Positions 1 to 11,902 of a stretch of DNA of 64,000 nucleotides are shown piece after piece. The notes under the pieces are model-generated. The model was not told the origin of the DNA and did no database searches. It saw only the letters and a list, made by a program, of their open reading frames with translations. Numbering within the stretch: position 1 is the stretch's first letter; every line of letters starts with the position of its first letter. This DNA comes from Paraphysomonas bandaiensis (taxonomy: Eukaryota > Protista > Chrysophyceae). Made by a program: the position numbers and the translations under genes. The stretch spans positions 248,001 through 312,000 of the forward strand of contig CBFFRP010000263.1 of the NCBI GenBank assembly GCA_965644295.1. The letters run 5' to 3'.

Positions 1-449
1 CTGGATATGAGAACTGGACAAGTGGTGGCCAAATACATCTCACCCAACGGATGTGGTAGCATGAGCCCTTTTTATAGACCCACCTTCTGTTCCAGTGATA
101 CGGTATGATTTATAGGGTACCAACCTACTTCTGTTAAGAATTGTATGCCCAGGGTGTGGTAGCTGGGGCTGCCAATGGGAGCGTCTCACTTTGGCCAACG
201 CATTCCGGTAGAAACCCCACTACTCTAGAGCTATCGCACTATGCTGATGGCAACCACAACTCCTTCATGGAACATATATCGAAGTTAGAAGTAACGCGCT
301 GTGGATACGATAGATTTACTGGAGTAGTCAGTGCATTGACAAGTGATGGCGTTGCATTATGGAGCACTAATAGACACCAGAGTCCCCATGTTGTTGACGA
401 CCCTAAAAGTTGCGAATTTCAACCTCTAGGCAGTAGTGTTACCACATAG
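1..449 (+). CDS. 3' end of a WD40-repeat protein (weakly DTL/Cdt2-like); partial, intron 103-152
   Basis: Spliced frame LDMRTGQVV...SPFYRPTFCSSDT|GVVAGAANGSVSLW...EVTRCGYD..VVSALTSDGVALWS has WD-blade spacing; GT..AG intron. Confidence 0.5.
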
Positions 450-951
450 TCGTGTCTTCTGCTTTGATAATAGTTCCATGTTTCATTCTTGTTGTTATGA
501 GTCATAATATATATTCATTATATTGCCTTAAACTGAATTCTCCTGAAATACACCCCACCATGGTAGCACTGGTGTGAAAATATTCATTGCCGTGCGTCCT
601 ACTAGCAGAAGATAGATTTCAACAGTATTGACTAATGACCATTTTCAGATGATTAAGATCGTTGTAAGAGAAGTTTAAGTTAGTCAAACTAGTCATGAGA
701 AAACTATTACCGGGGTTAAGAGAAGTGTGTCAACCAGAGTTGAGGAGCAGCAGAAGAAGCGACCCCGAAGAGGTTAAAGGTGTGTTTTAGTGGGTGAGAA
801 TCCCACATAACTATATATCTAGTTGACTGCTAGTTATATATGTATCTTGATAAGATTTCACATCTATTTTACCTATGAGACTAGTTTATAGCATGAAGAT
901 CACTGTACTCATTGTTGTTTTCGTATCACTGCATTCTACATTGAGTGGGAG

Positions 952-1200
952 TATTAGAATATGGACTGTATCCTAGTATATTCAATGTGGTACTTGAAGA
1001 CAATGTACGAGAATACAGTGAAGTATGGTGATGTGTAGATGCTGTTATGATATTGAGAAAACTGAAATAGTTTGCTCTTTCAAGATATGTTTAGTAGCGA
1101 AAGGTCTACAGAAGTAGTGATTTATGCATGGCACAAAACGAGCTTGTGTTGTTTAACACAATTTGTGTAAACGATATTAATAAATCTATCTAGTCTAACA
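952..1200 (+). mobile_element. Possible degenerate Ty1/copia 3' LTR
   Basis: Copia-type polypurine tract TTGAGTGGGAG (941-951) directly precedes TATTAGA...TCTAACA; no partner LTR or TSD found. Confidence 0.3.
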
Positions 1201-1446
1201 ACTTAATCTCTCTTTGATCTAAGTAAAATGAGCATTTCCCAACACAGAACACAGAACAACAGGAAAAAGTGCGAGTCCGAGTTCGTTGAGGGTGGGAGGA
1301 GTTGGTGGGCTATTCTCGTGTGATTGTATACTGTTTATACTGTTGCTATAAGGTGTAGTGTCCAGGTGGTGATGTGAATGTTGTATTGAATCAACAATAT
1401 AAGTCAATAACTATGCACTGACAAGTGAAACTTCGTATTATATTTT

Positions 1447-3314
1447 CTAAGATCTTAAAAATTGTCCCAAGTGATGAACGATGCTGTGTCCAAAATTCTC
1501 ATCTGAATACCTATCAGTCGATTTTCGACCATGTAATCTAATATCCATAGCATCTTCCGGGCTATTTTGTTCTAAATTCAATGCCTTGGCTATACATTCG
1601 GCGTACTCACCCTCATCAGTGGCTAAAAATCCTGTTTTATGGCCTTCAAAGGGCTGAATAATATCCATAGCTGGCCCGCCAGAATTATGTGCAACAACCA
1701 ACATTCCGGCTGCCATCATTTCCACCACAGATATTCCAAAATGTTCGTTCCACATGGTGTGCAATCCAATTGAAGATTCACTAAGGTATGCTTCAAGCCT
1801 GCATACATCATTTATTTTCATCATGTACGCAAAACTGTACAAGGCCACCATACCTTTCAAACGGCGCATTCACTACAAAATCTACACTGTCAGTTATTCC
1901 TAATGAAGAAGCATTTTTACGTAATGTTGAAAGAATATTTTCGTCGGCTTCATTTCGACAACTTCCCAGCAACACAAGTCTCACGTCTTTGTATCTGCAC
2001 GGCTTCACATAAAGAAATAATCTCAATACTACGGACACGCACACCTTCCCGCAGAATCATCAGATAAAAGCCGGTGAAATGCCCTGTGAAAAATATAACG
2101 ACATGCGACACTAAGCAATATACGGGCACCTGAGCTGTAAGTGGTGATCTTTCTCGGGTCTAAACTGACCAACTGATAAAATCACACGATTTCTACATGA
2201 GAAGGAAATCACTTATGACCAAGACCATTCTAATATACGCCACCTTCGTTTCCCAAGTGATATACTCTTCAAGTGAGTAGTATTACATGGGGGAAACAAT
2301 TTAATGAGTCGACCCGAACTGTATCTTTTGGTGTCAGAGTTTAATGCACCACGCCACATGTCTTTCATATGCATCTCTGTCCAAGAGCTGTTAACAAAGG
2401 CCATGTCGACACAATAACCTGTCAGTCCAAAAGCCCACCCAATAAAACGGTAGTACAAAAGTTTTATAGAGGACACTGAAGCACTGGATGCAATCCTCTG
2501 GTCGTTGTTATAGGACGGCCTCATTTCCCGCACCCTCTTGAGCATATCCTAAATCCATCACGTATTGAATAAACGTGGAAAAACAGCACACATAACTATA
2601 TACTACACACCGAGCTGATAATGGGGTAATGCACATATGCCACGACTCGACATCCACACAGTTTAGCAAGCGGGTACATGAATGGTGCCCCAGTGGTATC
2701 AATAAATGTGTCGGGTAGACACTTCGACAAACATATGGCGCCCAGTCCCACAGTTGCGACCATCTGAAAAAGCATAGTAAAAAAAGGATACCTGCGATTT
2801 AATATTATTCGGATATGACAAAGGACGGTATCCCCATACCTGGAGCCATCAAGCAATGAGCAGAAAGGGACTTTGATAATCGTTATTCGAGACTGTTCTT
2901 CACTAGGAATCGATATGTGAAACTTGTGCTGTATATATACATAAGATACATACGGGACAAGTGAATGTATAATCTACACACCATGACGTTACTAAGTATA
3001 ACCTCTCTTGACTTACAGGCATCTGTACTGTATATAACTATACGTACAGTCTCTGCCAGATCTTTATCTTTTAAGATAGCAGCTATCATCATCCATAGAA
3101 CCCTTTCACCTCCCCCTCCTTGATCACTGTATACAATATCATATAGCTTGTATGGGTTATGGTATAGTTACCAGTAGGGATGAAAAAATGCCAATAAATT
3201 TGTCCGTTGAGATTGATGTGTTTGTTTGCATATATATCTCCATATATAACATGATGCTTTAAAGGATAGATATAATGCAAGGAATATGATAGTGATGATG
3301 ATTGATGTATACAT
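1447..3314 (-). CDS. ALG11: GDP-Man:Man3GlcNAc2-PP-Dol alpha-1,2-mannosyltransferase (GT4), multi-exon
   Basis: Spliced motifs FFHPYC-GGGGERVLW, YVHYPIIS, VGQFRPEKDH, LHTMWNEHFGISVVEMMAAG; N-terminal TM; canonical introns. Confidence 0.95.
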
Positions 3315-3740
3315 GATGGTTCAGTGGGATATATATGAGAGTTAGATTGATATGATGAACAGGCCTGCCTTGCTATCTATAGCAGGAGTGTGTATGCACT
3401 CCCACGTGTAGGTCGTTGAGGAGATTTATACGGTCATGTACATAAAAACAGGGTTTTTAAATATGGTTTTGAGAAAATACGGTGTTTTTGTATGTGTAGT
3501 CCATACAATTATTTATTCTACAGAGTATACATACTGTATGTCATACAGCAGGTTGACATTTTCCTGTCACGAAAACACACAAAACCCGGGATTTTTATAA
3601 TGTGGTTCGCAGAAAATCGCGAATATATAGGGCTGGACAGATAGTCGATATCACTCACTGCATACCAACCCTTAACAACACTATTCCATGACAATATCTA
3701 CCTAACCCTCCCTATACATTCATCTCAACACACTCCATTA

Positions 3741-3778
3741 CATCCCTATACATCCCTATATATCCCTATATATCCCTA
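3741..3778 (+). repeat. 10-bp tandem repeat (YATCCCTATA)x4 immediately before the GT17 start codon
   Basis: catccctata catccctata tatccctata tatcccta. Confidence 0.8.
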
Positions 3779-5716
3779 ATGCTATTAATCAATCTTATCA
3801 TTCATCTTACGTGTTTATCTATATGTTCTAGTGCTAATAGCAGTGTGGATGTTCATGTCGTCTATATATCATCATTTACTTCAACTAATCACAAAGATAT
3901 TCAAAATACTTTACTACTCTTCCGATCTATAAGATTATTTGGTAATGCACTTACTAATGTATCATTACACGCATGTTATGATACTGGAGATATTCATAGG
4001 AATGAATTTGATGCAATTGGCGCATCTTTACTAGAATTTGATTATAGTTCAGACTGTTGGAATCACTCTAAATGTCGAAACTTATTTTGTGCATCTCAAG
4101 TAGCACACGAATTATACAAACGGCAGTTATATAATATACTTGTAGTGTATGTTTCCAACAGCTTTTATGTTAGTGGCGATATAACAACACCGCTGAATTA
4201 TAGGAAAAGTATTGGGCAGCATATTGGTTGTATGCCTTCTTTTGGTGCAGATGCTAGTCTAGGTGGTTGCGAAATGGATTTTTTCTTTCTTCACTCGTCT
4301 CTTGGAACACCAGTTCATATGTACTTAAAATTTGCCAACCGTGATTATAACGCTACACCGGCTTTACTTTTACAACATGCCGCCAGTCTTTTCAGCTCTT
4401 CCATTCACTTCATCCGCAATGACATCAGCGTTGTGCGTTCATCTGCGATATATTACCATGATGTATCCTTGATTCCTCAGTTGATAGAATTTGATGGTAG
4501 ACATCACCAGATAAGTATAAGCCAGTCAGCTAGACCTGGGCTTAATGGAGGCGCTAATTCTGACTGTCACATTCACTTGTGTATTAATTTCCCTCAATTA
4601 AACACAGTGGATGTTATAACACACTTGCTACAGCCGGTATTTGAAAGTGATAATGTGGTGAGGCTTCTTGGTGGCTGTGATAGCTTTTCTGAACTTGCTG
4701 TTGATTTCATAAATCCTCTCGACACTAATTTTTTCATCGTGAAGAGGCGTGTATATGATACTTTTCTATTCAATGACGAACTATCTCTACTTGGCCTTCG
4801 GTTACAAGTTCTCGAGAATGTTGTGGATTACCACTTTGTTGTTGAGTGCAATGTAACTTTTACAGGCCAGCCCAAACCATTATATTTTATGGAAAATGCT
4901 AATCTCTTCGAGGCATACGCTTCCAAAATAGTTCATGTTGTCATTCCTGGTATGCCTTATCCACAACCTACAAAGCAACATGAAGTGTGGGAAAACGAGT
5001 TCTTCTCGAGGAACTATGTAATGACCGTCTTAGATTCACTTAGTGCTGTCACTGATAGTGATATTGTACTTGCCGCGGATGTAGATGAAATTCCTAATCC
5101 GGATATTTTTGTCGATTTACATGCAATCTATAATCATGAAAACTCACCCGAGGCCCGTCGTCCCTATAAACTTCACTTGGACAATTTTATATATAATTTT
5201 CGATGTTATGTCGGTGAAAGAATTCAGAATTCGCTCAGTGCGAGTACAATTAGTGTAGCAAAACAAATAGCAACAAGTGCTGGTAGCAACAATGCGATGC
5301 TCTCTATGCGATATTATCGACAGTATGAAGACTCTGCTCCCCATGAAACTGTCCTCTTTCCAGGAGGATGGCATATGTCATTCTTTCTTAGTATCGATAG
5401 GATAATACGAAAGCTAGAAAGTTATAGCCACCAGAACTTTCGCCCTTTATACGAAGTTAGCTTCACCAGCGAAGAACGAAGTTGTTCTGAGGATATATGT
5501 GATGTAGAAAATAGCAACGATCAGGTAAAGCAATTATCCCGAGAAAAAATTCGCAGCCGAGTGGCAGCGGGTGAACATATTGGGAATAAAGATCATTACC
5601 GTAAGTGTCGTGAACGACCATCGCGAACTGATCCGAAATGGCTGGAAAAGTCCAGACACTTACAGCGTTTGTGGGAGACTGTATATGCATCGAGTGATGA
5701 CACTATTTTGGATTAG
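3779..5716 (+). CDS. GT17 (MGAT3/GnT-III-like) beta-1,4-GlcNAc transferase with an extra N-terminal domain; intronless
   Basis: RRVYDTFLFNDEL..L..RL..L..VVDYHFVVE...TFTG.PKPLYF, DVDEIP, GWHMSFF, KLESYSH; signal peptide. Confidence 0.85.
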   Translation: MLLINLIIHLTCLSICSSANSSVDVHVVYISSFTSTNHKDIQNTLLLFRSIRLFGNALTNVSLHACYDTGDIHRNEFDAIGASLLEFDYSSDCWNHSKCRNLFCASQVAHELYKRQLYNILVVYVSNSFYVSGDITTPLNYRKSIGQHIGCMPSFGADASLGGCEMDFFFLHSSLGTPVHMYLKFANRDYNATPALLLQHAASLFSSSIHFIRNDISVVRSSAIYYHDVSLIPQLIEFDGRHHQISISQSARPGLNGGANSDCHIHLCINFPQLNTVDVITHLLQPVFESDNVVRLLGGCDSFSELAVDFINPLDTNFFIVKRRVYDTFLFNDELSLLGLRLQVLENVVDYHFVVECNVTFTGQPKPLYFMENANLFEAYASKIVHVVIPGMPYPQPTKQHEVWENEFFSRNYVMTVLDSLSAVTDSDIVLAADVDEIPNPDIFVDLHAIYNHENSPEARRPYKLHLDNFIYNFRCYVGERIQNSLSASTISVAKQIATSAGSNNAMLSMRYYRQYEDSAPHETVLFPGGWHMSFFLSIDRIIRKLESYSHQNFRPLYEVSFTSEERSCSEDICDVENSNDQVKQLSREKIRSRVAAGEHIGNKDHYRKCRERPSRTDPKWLEKSRHLQRLWETVYASSDDTILD

Positions 5717-6942
5717 TTTCATTATTCCAACAGTAATATATGTAATTACTTTACAGGGCATGAAATATATTGAAAAACGCTATATTTCTGCTATCTTTTT
5801 AATCAATTAATATATGTATAATAATGTTCTTACCGAATTTTCTTTGGAGAGGCAATAATGTAGTTCTGTTGTGATGACGATTTTGTTGCAGAATAACGAT
5901 AATCAATATCAACACTATGTGTACAGATAGTTATGTACTTATTGAAAGTCTTATTATTAGATATATATAAGCGTTAAAAACCTGCACCAATTTAGTAGCT
6001 AGATGAATGCTAGTCAAAGTAGTTAGACTTCTATCTGAATTGGGCTCAACAGAACGCTCATATTAACACCAAGCAAATAATATTATACAAACATTCAACT
6101 ACAATAATCGGTTCAACTGGGAACACTCTTCTGGCATATATATGTATTTTCATTATATTATAGAGAAACTACTGTGATGAGCCAACTATGTTGAGTTTTG
6201 CTGTTTGAGCAATTAAAAGCTGTAATTCTAAGATATTGGAATTATGACGGTTACTGGAGAATACAGTAGTGATGAGCTGTATTATGAGAAGTGATATCAT
6301 GACGATGTAAGATCGTACTAGAAATGAGTGGTAGTAGAGATAACGTGATATATTGCTTATTATATTTATTATAATCTTCTCTCATCTTAACTTGATTCAT
6401 GAGTGAATACTCGTCCAGTTATCTTAGTAATCATCCAATTGTGTCATAACTTGACATGGTAGCGGATGGTAGTTGGAAGCAACTGCTGAAGTGTGACCAT
6501 TGGAATGTACTGGACAGAGAAGCAGGAGTGATACTGCTGTGTACAGTAGAAACATACAGTATATAGGATATAAAACCAGTATTATTTATGAAAATCGGGG
6601 TTTTCATACGAACATGACAGAAAAAGTAGACTGGAAATGATGACTGCTATTGTTATGTACTGTAGCTATGTTGTAGTGGTTGATGCCTGTATGAACCCTC
6701 TGAATGAAGAGTCCCGCATAATTATCAGAATGATGTCTACCCATGTGCAGAGTGTGAGCACAGCAATGTGTCTGATTGTGTGGATGGGGGTGCAGTGCTA
6801 TCGATGGGGGTGTGAGGGATGAGGAGTCGTGAGAGATAGATGGAGTTTTATCGATGATGAGCTTGTCAAGAGTGACCCACTGGTTCGAGCTGTTGCAGAG
6901 TTCGTCGGCCATCGTATAGTCGATATAGACGTGTATAACCGC

Positions 6943-7249
6943 CGGCTGTACTAAAAACCTCGTTCTTGTGTCGACAAGAGAGGTGGATCGTCATCTACGC
7001 TGGCTTCGTGGGGAGCGCCCAATAAGTCTATACGGCGGATGAGATTCCAGGGAAGAGAATGTTCCTTCGTACTTTGCCAGAGAGTAGTGCGGGTGCTGTA
7101 TCTAGTGAGACGGCTGTACTATAAAAACCTCGTTTTTGTGATGAAAAAGGGGTGGATCTTCATCTACACGCCTGCTTCGGGTGGTGCGCCCAATAAGTCT
7201 ATACGGCGGATGAGATTCCAGGGAAGAGAATGTCCCTTCGTACTTTGCC
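6943..7249 (+). repeat. Two diverged ~168-bp tandem units inside the copia element
   Basis: CGGCTGTACT at 6943 and 7111; shared GCGCCCAATAAGTCTATACGGCGGATGAGATTCCAGGGAAGAGAATG. Confidence 0.85.
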
Positions 7250-7531
7250 TAGTGATACTGTGTATACGAAGTCTAGTGAGATCAGTGCGAATCGTGTCTG
7301 TGAGACTGTACCTGCTGAGTCTAGGGAGACTTGTGTGGTAAGCGTACGGGTGTTGACTAGTGTGTCCACCCTGGGTGAGGTAAACCTTTATGATGAGGAG
7401 ATTGTCAATCTGTGTGATGACAGTGACTGTATCTAATAACTAACATAATATGTCTAATTATAGAGAGACCAAGGCATAATATATGAAAAGTTTGTTAATT
7501 GCCTTGATTTGCTTCAGTGTGTAAGTAGCAG

Positions 7532-7655
7532 GCTGTGTCTGCTGGCATGCAGGAACTGGTGTGGCTTCGGGGGGTGTTGATCGAACTGGACTTCGATTGT
7601 ACGAACCCACTCCATTCTTCCTGACAGCCAGGGTGCTCGCGACTTAGCGTTGAAG
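7532..7655 (+). pseudogene. Frameshifted copia RNase H fragment
   Basis: AVSAGMQELVWLRGVLIEL..EPTPFF.DSQGARDLAL matches the copia E..WLR.LL.EL..PT..Y.DNQ.A..LA pattern. Confidence 0.8.
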
Positions 7656-8797
7656 TTGAATGATGTGGTGTGATTGATCTCAGCGACGAGGATAGGAAAT
7701 CATACGTGCTAATTATCAGAGACAGAAGATCATTCAGATGTGTTGTCTATGGTGAGGCTTGCTGAAACGTCGGAGTCATACGTCCACCGATTTGTCCTCT
7801 GAGGTTTTTGGTGGTAACGTATCCGTCAGTTATGTCTCGTGATATGAAAAATCAATGTACAGCTTTGAATTGAGAGGGAGTGTTGAGTTTTGCTGTTGGA
7901 GCAATTAAAAGCTGTAATTCTAAGATATTGGAATTATGACGGTTTTACTGGAGAATACAGTAGTGATGAGCTGTATTATGAGAAGTGATATCATGACGAT
8001 GTAAGATCGTACTAGAAATGAGTGGTAGTAGAGATAACGTGATATATTGCTTATTATATTTATTATAATCTTCTCTCATCTTAACTTGATTCATGAGTGA
8101 ATACACGGGCGGATACGCAACCACCAAGACCTCATGAGCTGTACATTGAATCTTCACATCGCAAGACATAACTGATGGGTAGAATTACAGCTTTTAATTG
8201 CTCCAACAGCAAAACTCAACAAACTATGAGAAGCAGACCATCAAACACTCCATGTTGTATTCCATCCTTCGTCTGATTTGAAAGATCATTTTGATCTCAG
8301 TGCAAGCAATCTGCTTTCATATCCATAACAACGTCGCAATAACTTTAAGTGCCATATCTGATTCTACAGGTAGAATGGAGCAATGGCGTCTACTTCTTTC
8401 AGGTGTTGGGTCATGTCGTGCTGATCAGGATATATTTTGTGCCTTGTATTATACACACAGCTCTCAAATCAGGTGTACTAGCAGAGGTTTAAAGTGTTGT
8501 ATATAAATGTGGTGATGCTGCTAATTAAGCAATAAGAAGCCTCGTGCGACTACAACTTTTACATTCCTCGTCGCACTTAACTACGAATTTCAACACCTCG
8601 CAGTTGCTATTTCTCGCAGTAATACATATCCTTCTGTGGTAGGAATGCATTTATTTGTTATAGCTATTATATATATAAATTTGGGAATTTTATGTTTTGA
8701 GTTGATCTAGTGCAATTGCTATTCACAAACCCTAACCCTAATCAAATAGTGTGACTAGTTATGTCAATCAATGTGACTAGGTTGAAATATATCCCCC

Positions 8798-8869
8798 TTG
8801 ACATTTTAAGCAATTAAGAGCTGAATTATGATTTCTTGAATTGTAACCGTTACTTGAATAACACAGTAG
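8798..8869 (+). repeat. Diverged fragment related to the copia LTR
   Basis: aagcaattaagagctg-aattatg...cgttacttgaataacacagtag aligns with LTR gagcaattaaaagctgtaattc...ggttactggagaatacagtag. Confidence 0.55.
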
Positions 8870-9210
8870 CTACTAGCTACTAGTGACTACTTGCCATGGA
8901 CACCGTTCCCTAGTCATTCCTATATTATTTATTTTCTTCTGCAGGCGTTGTATACGCAATAAGAAGTGTGATATTTGATGCGCAATATATATGTATTGTA
9001 ATACCCTGGTATCACAGTAGTTTAGAATTCATTTGCACATATGACTAACGTATTTCTTTATCAATATTTAAATAGAGCGAAATCATATTAGCACATTTCT
9101 ATTAGAATTCTGGGGGTGTTGAAATGTATGCTATGAGTACTTCTTGACAGATCTGCCTAGCTGCCTAATAATATTAGTGATACTTGTGACCTCAACAAAG
9201 TCGGACTCGC

Positions 9211-9378
9211 ACCTTTTCGTGGTTCTCTGGGAGATAAGTACCGGAGAGATTCTCTCTCTGGGAAACTAACGTAAGCCGCAAACATAGTCAGCAGATATTC
9301 TTCTACCCACGCATAGCCGAATGCTTGTGTGGTACAAGGGACACCAATAAGTGTTACTTGTGTAGACGTCTTTGGGCC
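9211..9378. repeat. Dispersed repeat, copy 1 (copy 2 at 61554-61662)
   Basis: Shared ACCTTTTCGT..GATAAGT.CCGGAGAGA..AACGTAAGC.GCAA..CCGAATGCTTGTGT..AGACGTCTTTGGGCC. Confidence 0.8.
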
Positions 9379-9907
9379 CTGAAATATGAAAAAACAAATA
9401 AATAGGCATTCGGGACAGGGCCCACCTGAAGGGTAACCGGGGTATTGTTGGGCTGCCTGGTGAAGTCAAGCATCATCCGGGATGTTCACCTTAAGAACTC
9501 AGAACGGAAGTGGTTGCACCTTGGTGCTTGCGGCGACGCACAAGCAGCTTCCGTAGCGTTAAATAGTAGGATAAAAAAGTGTGTACTGATAGTTACAGGT
9601 AGAGGTCTAACTACTTTGACTAGCATTCATCTAGCTACTAAATTGGTGCAGGGTTTTAACGCCTATTGCTAAATAAAAGACATTCAATATAGTAATATAA
9701 CATGTGAGGTATATAAAGTACACTTGCTAACAACATTGTGCAATTATTGGTAATCATGCCGCTATATACTAATTATTAAAGAAGTGCTATTATATATTCT
9801 CATGCAAGACTACGTCCAATGACGCAACAGCTAATATTGATCATACGGTTCATATTTCCTGTGGACTCGCCACATAACACAGCCGTATATCAACTACGCA
9901 ATATTCA

Positions 9908-11902
9908 TCACTTGTGTGATCTAGACAAACTAGCATTTTGAAGGTTTCTATCGTACATCGCTTCGTAGTTGGCATCACTTGGCATTGATGTTGCCATTGT
10001 AGCCCAGTCACGGCTATACTCTTCAAAGTCGAGTGCCATACTGATGAATATAGTTAGCATCAAAAGATAAGCTGTAGTCTATAGACACTAACCTCCACTT
10101 GAGAAGAGCGTCGTCCGTACTCGGATGTGTAGATGGTGCAGTATACTTCTTGTGGTACAATTCATCACTATAGCTATCTTTACTGTCATCCTTGTGATCC
10201 TTACTCTCTTTCACTTGCGCTTTGGAATGTATACGTTCCACAGCACGGTCTCCTTTAATATCCGTGTACTCGTCGTCATAGTCGTAACTTACATGCTTAC
10301 TTTCGGCGCTATTTGAATCATAGCTATCACACATTTCTATTCGCTGATTATCCCGATGGTCGTCCTCATCATCCGGCGGTGCCTCCTCCGCCGCAGTGGT
10401 CATACGACTGGCAACTTCACTTCCTCCTCCGCTTATTCCCTTCCCACCAGCAGTCAACATGTACGCTTTCAACATCCATTCTCGCTTTCTACGCTTCCGT
10501 TCGAGTAAGACGTCTTGTTGTCTCTTCAGGCGACTGTAGTGGAATGCCTGCTGCTTCTTTTTTCTTTGGTATTTAGAGGCGAGTCCGTCCCGCCGGGGTG
10601 ATGTCATATTGGTGTCTAGTGAAACCCAAGGTGGAGGAGCAAACGCATCATCCAAATCAGTGGACACTACTCGCCAAGGGTTATTATCCTGGCGTTGATA
10701 CCATCCCTCATTTTCCTCGGTAGTAACAACTGACTCGAAAAAAGCGCCCCCAACACGAATGCTTGTCTTTTGTAAGGAAAGTGGTCCAGAGGCATTACAA
10801 CCCTTTCTACTGCTGGAAGTAGACACATTAGAGGGAAGAGGACGATTATGAAGCGCAAAAGGCTCAATCTTTTTTTCCATGCAGTAGTTGCGTGGAGCGA
10901 AGGCATTAACGTCACAAAGAGCCCTGTGTGTGAATACTTTGTAGTATATCTTAGGTGGAAATACTACTCCCCCCAGTCTAAATCGGACATGTACCCCAGA
11001 TGCCCGGTCAAGATAGTCTGCCTCACCTGGAATAATGGTTCTCAACAAATCCGCGGGAGCCCCGCGTAGTTTGTTTAGTACGAGGTCACGGAAATACCGA
11101 TACACTCGGACATTGCAGTACGTCCGCCAAGCAAGTTGAATCGTACGACAAAACGAATCAGGAGACTTCACAGTGCTGGGTATACGTTGTAAGCGCTCAA
11201 GTTCTATTTTGACATGCACATGATGGCGGTAGGTGGTTTGGATTTCAATTACAGCAATTTCGTTGATGTCTCTGGAAAACAATAGTCAATTACAATGTCG
11301 ATGCATACCGAGAGAAAAACCTGATATACAAGAATCGTCTTCTACAGGGTATCATTCTCCACCATGCTTGAATACGGACAGCGCACCACGCGGAGTATCC
11401 ATCTTCCATCCACGCTGGTTTTGACAGAGATCTATTATTGCTGAAGTGGTCCAAATATGCAAGGTATGTATCAATTTGTTTAGGTTTCTTGCTTCTGACT
11501 TTCTTTCTTTTAATTTTTGCACGCCACTGCTTCCCGAATGTGCGAACTATGCAACCACGCCACCGAGCCTTATTGAATATTACTATAAGATACCAATACA
11601 GAACATGAAATACTCACTTGAATCCGCAGTGCAGCAAGGTTAAACGTGATCATTGGCCTTATCCACGGGTTTCTCAAGAACCACTACATGATGTAACAGA
11701 AAAGAATTAAGAATAAAGTAATAGTTTTATTGTTTACCCTTTGCAATGGCCTAGATTTCTTAAGTATAAATAATCGTTTCGGCAGGCCTCGAGCTTGCCA
11801 GTAATAATATCGTTTCTTGAAAGGGATAACTTTTTTAGGAGGCGGAGTGCGTGCCTTCGACTTCGGCCTTATCGGAGACCTCAGTGAAGCCCGACGATTC
11901 AT
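9908..11902 (-). CDS. C11orf65/MFI-like IQ-motif protein, multi-exon
   Basis: IQLAWR..(IQ), HVRFRLGG..FPPKIYYKVFTHR, GWYQR..NNPWR, spliced C-terminal LLKWSMALDFEEYSRDW. Confidence 0.75.

Larger units (their letters stand above)
6189..8221 (+). mobile_element. Non-autonomous Ty1/copia LTR retrotransposon derivative with an aberrant right end
   Basis: 5' LTR 6189-6456 (TG..CA), PBS TGGTAGCGGA 6457-6466, RNase H remnant, PPT TTGAGAGGGAG 7870-7880, 3' LTR 7881-8104, TSD AACTA at 6184-6188 and 8222-8226. Confidence 0.9.
5970..9663. mobile_element. Non-autonomous TIR DNA transposon with 67-bp TIRs, probable TA TSD; hosts a copia insertion
   Basis: 5971-6037 is the reverse complement of 9596-9662 (64/67); TA at 5968-5969 and 9664-9665; no transposase seen. 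Confidence 0.75.

Noticed and set aside
561-862. PBS-like TGGTAGCA and TGTGAAA..TTTCACA solo-LTR-like ends
   Set aside because: No matching upstream LTR and no TSD
2782-2791. Minus-strand GTATCCTTTT resembling a U12 5' splice site
   Set aside because: It is exonic, encoding the conserved ALG11 YPFF just after a normal acceptor
8727-8741. CCCTAA x2 as a telomere or telomerase RNA template
   Set aside because: Only two units inside transposon debris; no supporting promoter or adjacent pseudoknot
9180-9560. RNase P/MRP, SRP, snRNA, group I/II intron or hammerhead identity for the structured segment
   Set aside because: Diagnostic conserved boxes could not be matched
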